A DNA stretch of 64,000 nucleotides. Source: an uncultured bacterium. GTDB taxonomy: Bacteria; Desulfobacterota_D; UBA1144; Nemesobacterales; UBA2774. This document shows, in pieces, positions 20,747 through 32,941 of this stretch. The notes under the pieces were generated by a model. The model had not been told where the DNA came from and searched no databases. It saw only the letters and a list, made by a program, of their open reading frames with translations. Both the position numbers and the translations under genes were made by a program. The stretch covers positions 1 to 64,000 of the forward strand of contig CAVPJU010000008.1 in the NCBI GenBank assembly GCA_963705505.1, written 5' to 3'. The stretch's first letter is position 1. Every line of letters starts with the position of its first letter.

Positions 20747-21089
20747 CGTGGGGCAGTTATAAGGATTGATTCGGGGCGAGTTATATGCCGTGACGGTTTC
20801 AGTGATAGCTTTTTATGGAGTGAAATATCGGTAGTGGGTCAGTTTGGATTTTTAGCTTAGGACGTAATAGAATAGGTTCTCCACGAAGCCCCGGGTCGAG
20901 GTGCTTTTACCTTCCTCAATTAGGCTAGCTCGGGGCTTCGTTATATAAAACCAAAGGATATTTTCCGAAGCGCAAAGTGCAAAAAATTGATTGGAGCGGC
21001 GGCGGGATTAACGATTAAAACGAAGAAATAATTTGAGATTGAGTCACACGTTAGATGCCGCAGCTACCGAAATATCCGCTTCCGGGGCT

Positions 21090-22034
21090 TTACGCCTCTC
21101 CCTTCCCCGCAGCTTCGAGCTTCTCGGCCAACTTTATCTCCCTCCACGAGAGGAAGAGGAATATCGCGAGCAGTATTATGGTGTTCAGGGGCGCGATCCA
21201 GAACGGGAGCTCCTCGCCGAAGCTCTCGAGGATCATGATACCCCCCAGCATTCCTATCGAGTACATCGCTCCGTTCTTGAGATATGCGTACTTCGATATC
21301 CAGTCTATCCCGCGGACGGTCACTTCCCTCACGACGAACGCGCCTATGCCGTTTCCGATCAATATAAGAGGTACGGACATGGTGAACGCGAACGCCCCGA
21401 TTACGCCGTCGATGGAGAACGAGGCGTCCAGCACCTCGAGGTAGAATATCTTGCTCCACGCGCTCATGCTGGGGTTCAAAAGCTCCTTTTCCTTCTCCTC
21501 GGCATTTTTCTTGAACCCGTCGGTGATGAAGAACGCCGTAGTCCCGATCGAAGCCGCGAACGCGAGGAACGGGTCGAACTTGAGCGATATATACACGATT
21601 ACGGTGAAAAATATGGAAGTTATTGCGTAAAACCAGACCGAGTGCCTGTGAATGAAATGCTCGACGAGGAACGTGTATTTCTTCTCCTCCAAAAAGAGCC
21701 ATGCGAGGAACACTAAAAAGAGATACATCCCGCCGCCCAGTAACAAGTATGCCTTCGAGTGATGAAAAGAGCTCTCTATCTCCTTACTGTTCCCGGAAAA
21801 AACGAGTGAGAACATCTCGGTGAACGAGAGGTGAGGGTTCGCGATCCATACGATAAGGAACGGCAGGATCCCCCGAAGGACGAAAACGGCTATGAGCATC
21901 CCCCATAAGAGGAAGAACCGCCTGAAGCGCTCGGAAAGCGTGCTCAGCACATGCGCATTTACGACGGCGTTATCTATGCTCGATATTATCTCGAACAGGC
22001 TCAAGCCGATTATGACTATTATTATTTCAAACAT
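21090..22034 (-). CDS. DUF475 / TerC-like integral membrane protein
   Basis: EIISSIDNAVVNA, YLEVLDASFSIDGVIGAFA motifs. Confidence 0.85.
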   Translation of the reverse strand: MFEIIIVIIGLSLFEIISSIDNAVVNAHVLSTLSERFRRFFLLWGMLIAVFVLRGILPFLIVWIANPHLSFTEMFSLVFSGNSKEIESSFHHSKAYLLLGGGMYLFLVFLAWLFLEEKKYTFLVEHFIHRHSVWFYAITSIFFTVIVYISLKFDPFLAFAASIGTTAFFITDGFKKNAEEKEKELLNPSMSAWSKIFYLEVLDASFSIDGVIGAFAFTMSVPLILIGNGIGAFVVREVTVRGIDWISKYAYLKNGAMYSIGMLGGIMILESFGEELPFWIAPLNTIILLAIFLFLSWREIKLAEKLEAAGKGEA

Positions 22035-22289
22035 AGTTTAAGAAGTTTCTTATAATTCTTCACTATACGTCTTTATTTTCAAGGAAAAATTCAGACTTGC
22101 GAACTCTATAGGCTTATTAAACTGAGGTTTATATATTAACAAATCCTACGGGGTTCTCAAATAAGGAAATTATCAGCTTACGTATAAATAAAATGTTATA
22201 ACCTTCCCTATCCCTGAAAGTACGTACGAAAAACGGACTTCAGCAAATCAGAGAAGATTATTTGTCAGTTCTTTACTTATAAGCCCCGC

Positions 22290-23344
22290 CTACGGCTGGA
22301 TCGCTACTTTGATCACGCCGTCGCCCTGGGACGAGAAGAGCTTGTACGCCTCTTCGATCTCGTCAAGCGAGAACCTGTGAGTGATGAGCTGGCGCAGATT
22401 AACGCGCTCGTTCTTCACGAGGTCCATGAGCCGGCGCATCCTCTCCTTTCCGCCCGGGCAGAGCGTGGACACTATGTTCTTGTCGGCGATACCGAAACCG
22501 AAAGCCTGATTCGGCACTCCTATATTAGCCATATCCGCCGGGTAAACACCGAGGCTCGATATGGTCCCGCCGACGCGCGTCGCCTTGACGCAGTTCTCAA
22601 GGGTCGTCTGAGTCCCCAACGCCTCTATAGCGACGTCCACCCCTCTCCCCCTCGTCATATCGAGGATCTCTTTTACTGGGTCGGTTTTTTTGAAGTCTAT
22701 CACGACGTCGGCCCCCATCTTCTTAGCCATCTTCATCCTGGAAGGGATGGTATCGACGCCTATGATCAGATGAAGCTCCCTTTCAGCTTCGCGCCCGCCG
22801 TCGCGCCGAGTCCGATAGGCCCCTGCCCGAATACCGCGACCATGTCCCCCACCTGAATGTCGGCGCTCTCGGCCCCCGATAATCCTGTCGAGAATATGTC
22901 CGTCGTCAGGAGCACGTCCTCGTCAGAAAGCTCTTCCGGTATCCTCGCGAGGTTCGCCGTCGCGCTAGGTATCTTCACGTAGTCCGCCTGGCAGCCGTCG
23001 ATGGTATTCCCCATTTTCCATCCGCCCAGGAACCCACCGCACTGAGCCCAGTTCGCGGAGAGACAATATTCGCACATCCCGCACGGGGTGATCGCGTTTA
23101 TAGCGACACGCTCGCCCACCTTGTATTCCGTAACCCCGTCTCCGAGCTCGTGAATCACTCCAACAGGCTCATGCCCTATGGTTTGTCCAACCCTCACCGG
23201 GTACTCGCCTCTCATGATATGCACGTCCGTGCCGCATATCGTTGTAAGAGTGACCCTTACGACGGCCTCCCCCGGTCCGGCTTTAGGAACAGGTTTTTCC
23301 TCAAGACCAACTTTGTTGACGTCCTTGAATACATTCGCTCTCAT
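22290..23344 (-). pseudogene. Zn-dependent (NAD(P)) alcohol dehydrogenase, frameshifted near 22770
   Basis: ICGTDVH, GHE, CGMCEYC..C, GQGPIG in the N-part. The C-part continues in another frame (LIIGVDTIPSRMKMAKKMGAD...LCPGGKERMRRL). Confidence 0.88.
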
Positions 23345-23381
23345 AGCTCAAGCCTCCCGCATCTGATTTTATACTTTAAAG

Positions 23382-23397
23382 TGCAAGTCGCATGCCA
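23382..23397 (-). promoter_or_regulatory. Sigma54 promoter for the alcohol dehydrogenase gene
   Basis: Minus strand TGGCATGCGACTTGCA (GG-N10-GC), about 40 bp upstream of ATG. Confidence 0.7.
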
Positions 23398-23610
23398 AAG
23401 TCCAAGACACCCGTATCACTTGTATAAATTTTAACGCGTATTTATTAAGAGTATATGAACCGCTCCCCTATGCTGTCAGATTTCATTACAATCGACATAA
23501 AAAGTACGGACGTAAGTATTATGAACCGAAACGGGGTTCACGGTCGTATATACAACTGAATCGTTGCGCAATATTTATGAAGTGTATGGGAAAATTAGAT
23601 AAAGAGAAGG

Positions 23611-23796
23611 AAAAAAAGATTACAGCCGGAAATTTTCGGCTATACTATTTAATGCAATAGTCGAGTTTGGTCCGGGGGGGGAGACTCTCCATACCTCTTC
23701 AATCAAATCCTCCTTTAACGAGACATTAGAACCTCGGATTTGTCCCCCCGGGCTATTTAAGCCCCCATTATACACTAATCCAAATTGAAATATCAA
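23611..23796 (-). ncRNA. Candidate stand-alone small RNA / small-ORF transcription unit
   Basis: TTGATA-18-TATAAT promoter (23796-23767), nested stems, and an 8-bp hairpin plus U-run terminator (23644-23611). Confidence 0.45.
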
Positions 23797-23962
23797 GGGT
23801 ATTAAGCAGGCGGCGGTATTGAGGATTGCAGGCGTAATTGGTATAGCCGCCCGGAATGAATCCTGCACGGTTCGTACGTGCGGAATAAATAATGAAAGGC
23901 CGCATATCCGCCCGCAGTTTCAAGTCAGGAGAGACTGAAAGGTCTCCGCGGAGAATCCCAGC

Positions 23963-26845
23963 TCACCCCTGGCTCGCGCCGTTCTCGGGCTTTACGATTA
24001 TAAGCGTGTACTTGCTGAGGTCGATATATTTCTTAGCGGCGTTCTGGACGTCGTCTTTCGTGACCGCGTATATCTCTTCGGGATACCTCTTGTACTCATC
24101 CCAGCCTATGCCGTACAGCTGGTCGAAGGTCATCTTCGCCGCCTGCGATGAGTTTTGCTGGATCCCGATCTCGAAGCTCCCGACGAGGTAGTTCTGAGCG
24201 CGCTTTATCTCGTCTTCCGTCACCCCGTCCTTAAGCACTAATTCGAGCTGTTCTTTTATAGCCCTTACCGCCTCATCTTCTTTCTGGGGCGCGCATCCTA
24301 TATAGACGCCGAAATATCCCGGCTCGAGCCCCGGCGTATAGAAAGAGGTCACCGTATAGGCGAGGCTCTTTTTGTCTCGGAGCTCGATGAAGAGCCTCCC
24401 GCCCTGCCCGGAGAGAATCGTATTCAGCACCTCGAACGCGTATTCGTCCTTGTCCCTGAGCGATGGGGCGAGGAAACCCATTATAATATGCGTCTGTGCC
24501 TTATCGGGCTTTGTCTGCGTCTTCTCGGTCACCTGAGCCGGAGGCGTTACCGGCTTTATCACGGGCACGGGGGCCGTCCCCTTCTTCATCCCGCCGAATT
24601 TATCCTTGATTATCGAGAGGGCTTCGTTTTCATCGACGTCCCCTACGAGCGTTATTACCATGTTCTCGGGCCTTACGTATTTTCCGTAGAACGCGCGGAT
24701 GTCGGAGCCGTCGAACTCCGTTACAGTCTCCGTCGTGCCGAGAGGGTTGTACCTGTACGGGTGCTCGCTGTAGAGTGTGGCCAGGAAGAGATTGACGGTA
24801 GTTTTAAGAAGGTTGTCCCCTTCCCTGTTTATCTCCGCGAGTATCTCGCGCCTCGCGCGCTCGATCTCCTGGGAGTCGAAGGAAGGGTGGAGTATCACGT
24901 CGGCGAAAATGTCCATGGCCTCGTCGAAATTCTGGCTCAGGGACTCGACAGTGACCCCGAAGCTGTTCCTGCCTGAAAACCCCTGCACTTCGCCCGCGAT
25001 AGACTCTATTTCCTCGGCTATCTGCGCCGCGCTCCTCGTTTCGGTCCCGCGCGTGAGCATGCGCGAGACGAAATTGGACATGCCCTGTGTTTTCTCGTCC
25101 TCATACCTTACTCCGCCGAGAAAAGCCGCCCTCGCCGCAAATAGCGGTATCCCCGGGTTCTCCTTTAGCAGCACCGTTATACCGTTATCGAGCACGAATT
25201 TCTTTACATTATCCGTAGGGGCTTTGGCCGCAGGGGCGCTCTTTGCCGTACCGGTCTGATTCCCAGTCTTCACGCCGGCTGATGAAACGATCACCCCTTC
25301 CGTCAATTCCTCGCCCGTTACCGAAGCGCCGGAACCGTTAGCCGCCTTGCCGCCCCATTCCTGAGCCGCTTCGTCCGATGCCTCCTTCGCAATTGCCCTG
25401 GCTTCATCCGTAGTCATTGATACCTGCCCCGTCGGAAGCAGGAAGCCCGCCGTAAGGTTATCGACCGTCAGGTATTTATTGGCCGCCTTCATTATGTCTT
25501 CAGGCGTCGTTTTCCTCACCTTGTCCAGGTACTCGTCCTCATACCTGAAGTCCCCTGTCTCGACCTCGAAATAGCCGAGCTTCTGCGCCTGTCCCTGCAT
25601 AGTTTCCTTAGTGTATATGGCGTCGCTCTCTATATTGAGCTTTACCTTCGAAAGCTCGACGTCGCTTACAGGCACGTACTTAAGCTTCATCACCTCTTTC
25701 ATTATTTCCTTGAGCGCTTTTTTAGATTCCGCGGGGTCGAGGGTTCCGCCTACCGCGAAAATCCCTTCCCGCTTCGGCGTGTACGCATAGGCATAGATAT
25801 TGCTCGTGAGCCCTTTCTCCTCTTTGATATTCCTGTAGAGCCTCGAGCTCTCCCCTCCGCCCAGAACGTTCGCGAGCACGTCCATCGCCGGCGTGTCTGC
25901 CCCTACGGCGTTCGGCACATGGAACGCCAGTGTGAAATAGCCTTCCTGAAGGGGCTTGTCCATGACGAATGCCTTCATGCCCTTCTGCTGCGGCTCGGCG
26001 GGGATATTGCACTCGGGGAGATCCCTCTTATGCAGCTTCCCGAAAGTCTCTTCTATCCTGGGCTCTATCTTCGCCGTGTCGAAGTCGCCGACAACGACGA
26101 GCTCCATGTTGTTGGGCGCGTACCACTTATGATAAAAATCCGTGACCTTCTTTCTGTTAAAGCTCTTCACGCCCTGCTCCGTCCCGATAATGGGCCTCCC
26201 GTATGGGTGCTGCGTGAATGCCGTGGAAAATATCTTCTCGCTCAGGTTCCTGCCGGGGCTGTCCTCCCCGCGCCTTATTTCCTCGACCACGACTTCGAGC
26301 TCCTTCTGGAGCTCGTCAGGGTCGAAAGTAGAATTCTCCATAGTGTCAGACAGCACGTCGAGAGCCGTGTCCATGAACCTGCTCGCTATAACCACGTAAT
26401 AGACCGTTTCGTCAAAGGATGTGAATGCGTTAATGTCTCCCCCGCTCCCCTCGATCACCCTCGCTATCTCCCCAACCGCCCTTTTCTCCGTGCCCTTGAA
26501 CACCATGTGCTCGTGGACGTGGGCGAGGCCGTACTCCCCTTCCTCCTCGCACGCGCTCCCCGTCTTTACCCAGACGTTCACCGCGACTACAGGGGCGGAA
26601 TGGTTCTCCTCGAGGATTACAGTCATTCCGTTATCGAGCTTGTACCTGGTTATGCCGTTAAAAGTCTCCTTCGTCTCCAGGGCTTCGTTATCCATTTTAT
26701 TCTCCTCTCTGTGGCAAGAAACTACCATAATACCCAGAACGATGGCAAGGAAAGCGGATAAGACCTTAATCCGGGCGGCTCTGCCGGTCTGCTTGGGAAT
26801 CCCCTTAAAGTTCGGGCTCTCTCTTACGCCGGTAATCATGGGCAA
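23963..26845 (-). CDS. M16 family zinc peptidase (pitrilysin/PqqL-like), probably a lipoprotein
   Basis: HVHEH inverted zinc motif, NAFTS, second inactive M16 half, VVSC lipobox-like signal. Confidence 0.92.
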   Translation of the reverse strand: MPMITGVRESPNFKGIPKQTGRAARIKVLSAFLAIVLGIMVVSCHREENKMDNEALETKETFNGITRYKLDNGMTVILEENHSAPVVAVNVWVKTGSACEEEGEYGLAHVHEHMVFKGTEKRAVGEIARVIEGSGGDINAFTSFDETVYYVVIASRFMDTALDVLSDTMENSTFDPDELQKELEVVVEEIRRGEDSPGRNLSEKIFSTAFTQHPYGRPIIGTEQGVKSFNRKKVTDFYHKWYAPNNMELVVVGDFDTAKIEPRIEETFGKLHKRDLPECNIPAEPQQKGMKAFVMDKPLQEGYFTLAFHVPNAVGADTPAMDVLANVLGGGESSRLYRNIKEEKGLTSNIYAYAYTPKREGIFAVGGTLDPAESKKALKEIMKEVMKLKYVPVSDVELSKVKLNIESDAIYTKETMQGQAQKLGYFEVETGDFRYEDEYLDKVRKTTPEDIMKAANKYLTVDNLTAGFLLPTGQVSMTTDEARAIAKEASDEAAQEWGGKAANGSGASVTGEELTEGVIVSSAGVKTGNQTGTAKSAPAAKAPTDNVKKFVLDNGITVLLKENPGIPLFAARAAFLGGVRYEDEKTQGMSNFVSRMLTRGTETRSAAQIAEEIESIAGEVQGFSGRNSFGVTVESLSQNFDEAMDIFADVILHPSFDSQEIERARREILAEINREGDNLLKTTVNLFLATLYSEHPYRYNPLGTTETVTEFDGSDIRAFYGKYVRPENMVITLVGDVDENEALSIIKDKFGGMKKGTAPVPVIKPVTPPAQVTEKTQTKPDKAQTHIIMGFLAPSLRDKDEYAFEVLNTILSGQGGRLFIELRDKKSLAYTVTSFYTPGLEPGYFGVYIGCAPQKEDEAVRAIKEQLELVLKDGVTEDEIKRAQNYLVGSFEIGIQQNSSQAAKMTFDQLYGIGWDEYKRYPEEIYAVTKDDVQNAAKKYIDLSKYTLIIVKPENGASQG

Positions 26846-26990
26846 CCCCGCTCTGCGTTTGTATTGTATGGCGAAATTCAGGAATTAAATATCCGTAATA
26901 AGATAACGGGAATTATCACCCGTTCAAGGACGGAAAACTCGAAAATCTCATTATATCGTGTAATTACAGCTGGTTACGCTATTTTATTCG

Positions 26991-27797
26991 TCAGCCGCTT
27001 TCCCCGGATCCGGCTTCTTCCTGCACCTTGGGCTTAGCCGTCAGGTACCTGAGAGCATGGATGACGATCCCTGAGACCGCATAGAGGTAAACGAGGAATA
27101 TGAACATTATTTCCGGGTTCGTTATCACGGCGGCGATGATTATCGCGGCGACGACGAGGGCGTTGAAGGGTCCCCCGAGCTTGAGCGTGGGCTGTTTCGA
27201 GTACCTTACGTTACTGACCATCAGGAGTCCTATCACAGGGGCGGCTACCAGGTAGAACCACAGCACCCTCTCGTCGGGCTCCATCCTGAGAGACGCCAGG
27301 AGCATGAGCGGGGACACCATCAGCCCGGCAGCCATCGGGCTCGGGAGCCCGGTAAAGTTGAACCTCTCCACGGTCCCCGACTGCACGTTGAAGCGGGCGA
27401 GCCTGAGCGCTGCGCAGACGACGTAAACGATGACCGCCATGAGTCCGAGCTTCCCCTTGTCCATGAGCGTCCAGACGTATATTAGGACGGCCGGGGCGAC
27501 CCCGAACGACACGACGTCCGAGATCGAATCGTAGGACAGGCCGAAATTGCTCTCATGCTTGATGAACCTCGCCAGCTTCCCGTCCAATGTATCGAAAAAG
27601 AAAGAAATAACTATGAATGCGCCCGCCCACCAGAATTTCTTGAAAACCCAAGAAGGTGACACGTCCGCGGCACCGACTGCGGAGGCTATATTGATCGAGG
27701 TCATTATGGAAAGGAGGCCGAAGGACAGGTTGCCCGTCGTGAATATGTTAGGCAGGACGGGCATGACTTTCTGCCGCTTGGATTTTTTCCTCCTCAT
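26991..27797 (-). CDS. pssA: CDP-diacylglycerol--serine O-phosphatidyltransferase
   Basis: DTLDGKLAR...G..YDSISDVVSFGVAPA, LRLARFN; ATGA overlap with psd stop. Confidence 0.93.
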   Translation of the reverse strand: MRRKKSKRQKVMPVLPNIFTTGNLSFGLLSIMTSINIASAVGAADVSPSWVFKKFWWAGAFIVISFFFDTLDGKLARFIKHESNFGLSYDSISDVVSFGVAPAVLIYVWTLMDKGKLGLMAVIVYVVCAALRLARFNVQSGTVERFNFTGLPSPMAAGLMVSPLMLLASLRMEPDERVLWFYLVAAPVIGLLMVSNVRYSKQPTLKLGGPFNALVVAAIIIAAVITNPEIMFIFLVYLYAVSGIVIHALRYLTAKPKVQEEAGSGESG

Positions 27798-28476
27798 GCT
27801 CTGTTCCCGTCTAGCCATGCTATTATGCTCTCCCCGGCTCTAACGCTATTCCCCACGTTCACCTCTATTATACACCCTTCGGGGAGATAGACATCCACCC
27901 TGGAGCCGAACTTAATCATACCGTATCTCTCGCCTTTTTTAAATTTCATATCGATGTCCGCATAGGAGATTATCCGCCGTGCGAGGAACCCCGCTATCTG
28001 CGTGACGACTATCTTCTCGCCGTCCCCGGTCTCTATGAGCGTGGACAGCCGCTCGTTCTCCTCGGATTTCCGCTTCATTCCGTCGGAGAAGAGCCATTCG
28101 GGCATGTGCGCGATATTGAAGCTGCCGGGCGTGTATTTGGTGCCGGTCACCTTCCCCCTGACGGGCATCCTGTTTATGTGGCAGTCGTAGAGGGCGAGTG
28201 AAATGCTAATCCTCGTCATCGGTTCGCCGAGGAGGTCCCTCTCGTATATATTCTCAATCATTATCACCCGTCCGTCTGCGGGCGAGACGACAGAGTCCGG
28301 GTCGTCGGGAATTTCCCGCTCCGGGTCCCGGAAGAAAAAGAGGGTTATTACCGCGAGCATTGCGAAAACGATGGATAGGAGGGTTAAATTGAATATGGCG
28401 GCTGCCCACGCGAGGATTGCCAATACACCGAGGTAAGTGAAACCCTCGGTAGCTATGGGAGACCGCTTTCTTTCCA

Positions 28477-28477
<1 letters not shown>
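27794..28477 (-). CDS. psd: Phosphatidylserine decarboxylase proenzyme
   Basis: FFRDPER, SPADG, HINRMP, KFGSRVD self-cleavage motif. Confidence 0.95.
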
Positions 28478-29993
<1,516 letters not shown>

Positions 29994-30107
29994 TATTTAT
30001 AAACCTCCGGTTATAATCGACTGAAACTTTACTTTCTATAGGGGAAAAAGACAAACGAGAACCCTAATTTGTTAAAAAATTTCACTCATTATACCCGATC
30101 CTTCGCG

Positions 30108-31841
30108 TTAAGCCATATCGGCCACGTCGGCCATATTGCTCAAAGAGTCTCCGGGGCCGAGCAGCATTTCGTTCATCGCGCCGCCCGGGGCGATCATCGG
30201 GTAAACGAGCTCCTCGCAGTCGACGAATATCTCCATCAGGACGACCCCTTCTGTCGAGAGGCCTTCCCTGAGCGTGGCTTCGAGGTCTTCGGGCCTCTTC
30301 GCCTTCAGCCCTTTTGCACCGAAGGACTCGGCAAGCTTGACGAAGTCCGGGAGCACGCCGAACTTGGAGGCTGAGTAATTCCCGTTAAAGAACATTGTCT
30401 GCCATTGCCTGACCATTCCGTGATGGCCGTTATTGAGCAGCACTATCTTTATGTCCATGTTGTTCTCGACTGCGGTCGCGAGCTCCTGCATGTTCATCTG
30501 GAAGCTCCCGTCGCCGCAGACGCTTATGACCGTCTTGTCGGGCTGCGCGAATTTCGCCCCCATAGCCGCGGGGAATCCGAAACCCATGGTCCCGAGACCG
30601 CCTGAGGTGATGTGCGTCCTCGGGTATTTGAATTTGTAGTACTGGGCCACCCACATCTGGTGCTGTCCGACGTCCGAGACTATGATAGCCTCGCCGTCCG
30701 TTATCTTGCTGAGCGTATCTATTACGTAAGAGGTGAGTATCTTGTCCCCGTTCTGGTTATAGGAGTAGGGATGCTTTTTCTGCCAATCCTTTATCTGCCC
30801 CGTCCATTCTTTCCGGTCCGTCTTGACCTTGGCGGGGAGCATTTCGAGCATCTGCTTCAGAACCTCCTTCGCGTCACCCACTATAGGGCAGTGTACGACG
30901 ATGTTCTTGTCTATCGTAGCGGGGTCTATGTCTATGTGAATTATCTTTGCGTTGGGCGCGAACTTGGCGAAATTGCCGCCCGTGGCCCGGTCATCGAACC
31001 GCGCGCCTATAGAGATAACCAGGTCGCAGTCGTGCACCGCCATGTTAGCCGCATACGAGCCGTGCATCCCGAGCATGCTGATGTAATGCGGGTCGTTCGC
31101 GGGGAAAGCGCCGAGACCCATGAGCGTGAGAGTTACGGGTATGTTGAGCCTGTGTACGAGCTCCTTCAGCTCCTCCGAAGCGCCCGACCATATGAGCCCG
31201 CCTCCGCCGAATATGAGGGGCCTCTTCGCGGCCAGAATCATTTCGACAGCGCGCCTTATCTGACCGGGGTGTCCCTTCTTCGGGGGCTTATAACCCCGGA
31301 GGCTTATTTCTTCCGGTATGACGAACTCGTCCTCTCCTATGAGGACGTCCTTGGGCATATCCACGAGCACGGGGCTCGGCCTGCCCGTCGTTGCGATGTA
31401 GAACGCTTCTTTAATCGCGAGCGGCAGGTCTTTGGTCTTTCTGACGAGGTAGTTGTGCTTCGTGCACGGACGCGTTATGCCTATATGATCGGCTTCCTGG
31501 AACGCGTCGCTGCCTAAATAAGGCAGCGGCACCTGCCCGGTGAATACGACGACAGGGGACGAGTCCATCTGCGCTGTCGCGATCCCCGTAACGGTGTTAG
31601 TCGCGGCCGGACCGGATGTGCAAAGAACTACCCCGGGCTTCCCCGAGGCCCTCGCATAGCCGTCCGCCATGTGCGTCGCGCCCTGCTCGTGCCTGGCAAG
31701 AACGTGCCTGATCCTGTCCGAGTATTTGGGCATGACGTCGTACACCTTGAGCACGTATCCCCCCGGCAGTCCGAACACCACGTCTATGCCCTCGTGTATC
31801 AGAGTCTCGAAAAACATCTCGGCACCAATCATTCTTGCCAT
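30108..31841 (-). CDS. ilvB: Acetolactate synthase large subunit
   Basis: RHEQGA, DAFQEAD, GDGSFQMN TPP motif, MVRQWQ. Confidence 0.97.
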   Translation of the reverse strand: MARMIGAEMFFETLIHEGIDVVFGLPGGYVLKVYDVMPKYSDRIRHVLARHEQGATHMADGYARASGKPGVVLCTSGPAATNTVTGIATAQMDSSPVVVFTGQVPLPYLGSDAFQEADHIGITRPCTKHNYLVRKTKDLPLAIKEAFYIATTGRPSPVLVDMPKDVLIGEDEFVIPEEISLRGYKPPKKGHPGQIRRAVEMILAAKRPLIFGGGGLIWSGASEELKELVHRLNIPVTLTLMGLGAFPANDPHYISMLGMHGSYAANMAVHDCDLVISIGARFDDRATGGNFAKFAPNAKIIHIDIDPATIDKNIVVHCPIVGDAKEVLKQMLEMLPAKVKTDRKEWTGQIKDWQKKHPYSYNQNGDKILTSYVIDTLSKITDGEAIIVSDVGQHQMWVAQYYKFKYPRTHITSGGLGTMGFGFPAAMGAKFAQPDKTVISVCGDGSFQMNMQELATAVENNMDIKIVLLNNGHHGMVRQWQTMFFNGNYSASKFGVLPDFVKLAESFGAKGLKAKRPEDLEATLREGLSTEGVVLMEIFVDCEELVYPMIAPGGAMNEMLLGPGDSLSNMADVADMA

Positions 31842-31903
31842 TTTAAAATTACCCCCGTATTTTATGCACGGCGCTTTCTGTCACGGAGCGCGGTGCAGTT
31901 ATT

Positions 31904-32119
31904 TTATTTGTGCTTCCATTCCGCGATTTTCGCTTCCATCCTGTCCTTTAGCGAAAGCTTTATTTTCTTCAGCTTCCTGACTTCCATTTCATCGTCGAGA
32001 GTCAGAGTGCCTTTACTCTCCAGGCTCCTCACGACATCGTCGAGCTCCCTGTGCTCGAAGTAGATGCGCTTAAACTCCTCGTCCCCTTCGAGCAGCTGTT
32101 CAATTATGTCCGTTTCCAT
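31904..32119 (-). CDS. DUF465/YdcH-family small protein
   Basis: EH..LD...E...LKK.KL.LKD pattern; typical position between tsaB and ilvB. Confidence 0.8.
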   Translation of the reverse strand: METDIIEQLLEGDEEFKRIYFEHRELDDVVRSLESKGTLTLDDEMEVRKLKKIKLSLKDRMEAKIAEWKHK

Positions 32120-32825
32120 TATGGTGTCTCCCCTTTATCGATAATTCTGCGTCTGGCTTTCTCAAATACACCGGCGCGAGCAGAAGCGCATCGTCCTCCT
32201 GTCCCGCCTTAAGCCTGTTAAAACCGTAAAACGCGAGCGCTGACGCCCTCGGGTAGTTCAGATAAGGAGGGCAGAACAATGCCGACTCAAGCCCCCCCAG
32301 CTTATTATGTTCCAGAAAATCCCTATAAAGTAAAGCGCCTTCGCCTATAAATATGGTTTTTTCCTTTATTATTTCCGCAAGCGCCGCGGGCGTTATAATC
32401 ATGTCTTCGGTAATCCTTGCGGCCCGCCCCTCATCAGTCCTGAATATGGCTGCGAAAAGCTCACCCTTCCTCGCGTCGAGCGCCGTGCATATCTGAAAGG
32501 ACGAAAAGGGCGCGTTCATAGCCAGGAGCTCGAGTGAAGACACTCCCGCAACGGGTATCCCGAGAGAATACGCGATACCCTTCGCCGTGGAGATGCCGAC
32601 CCGGAGCGCCGTAAAGGAACCAGGCCCCAGCGATACCGCGACGCCCCCGAGCGCCTTTTTGTCCATATCCAGTTCCCCGAGAAGGCGGTCGATCGAGGGT
32701 ACGAGCCTCTCCGAGTGGGAAGGCCCCATATTCAAATAGTATTCCCCCAGTATCTCGCCGCCGTCTGAGACAGCGATGCTCCCCGAATACGTAGATGTTT
32801 CGATCGCCAGTATTTTCATCTTCAC
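32100..32825 (-). CDS. tsaB: tRNA threonylcarbamoyladenosine biosynthesis protein TsaB
   Basis: ILAIETST, GPGSFT.LRVG, DARKGE, PVYLR. Confidence 0.95.
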   Translation of the reverse strand: MKMKILAIETSTYSGSIAVSDGGEILGEYYLNMGPSHSERLVPSIDRLLGELDMDKKALGGVAVSLGPGSFTALRVGISTAKGIAYSLGIPVAGVSSLELLAMNAPFSSFQICTALDARKGELFAAIFRTDEGRAARITEDMIITPAALAEIIKEKTIFIGEGALLYRDFLEHNKLGGLESALFCPPYLNYPRASALAFYGFNRLKAGQEDDALLLAPVYLRKPDAELSIKGRHHNGNGHN

Positions 32826-32941
32826 TACTTATAAATTATATCAAATTATAACGGATTGCCTCAAGTACGGAAAGGAATTAAAACCTTTATGTTCGACCGG
32901 CGCCCGGAGCCCGCTCGTATATTTGATGTCTTGTGTGCCGG

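Noticed and set aside
22035..22290. yybP-ykoY (Mn2+) riboswitch expected before a TerC/DUF475 gene
   Set aside because: I could not find the conserved riboswitch core in this AT-rich leader.
23620..23868. 82-aa minus-strand ORF
   Set aside because: Runs across the predicted promoter and terminator, lacks an SD and has no family features.
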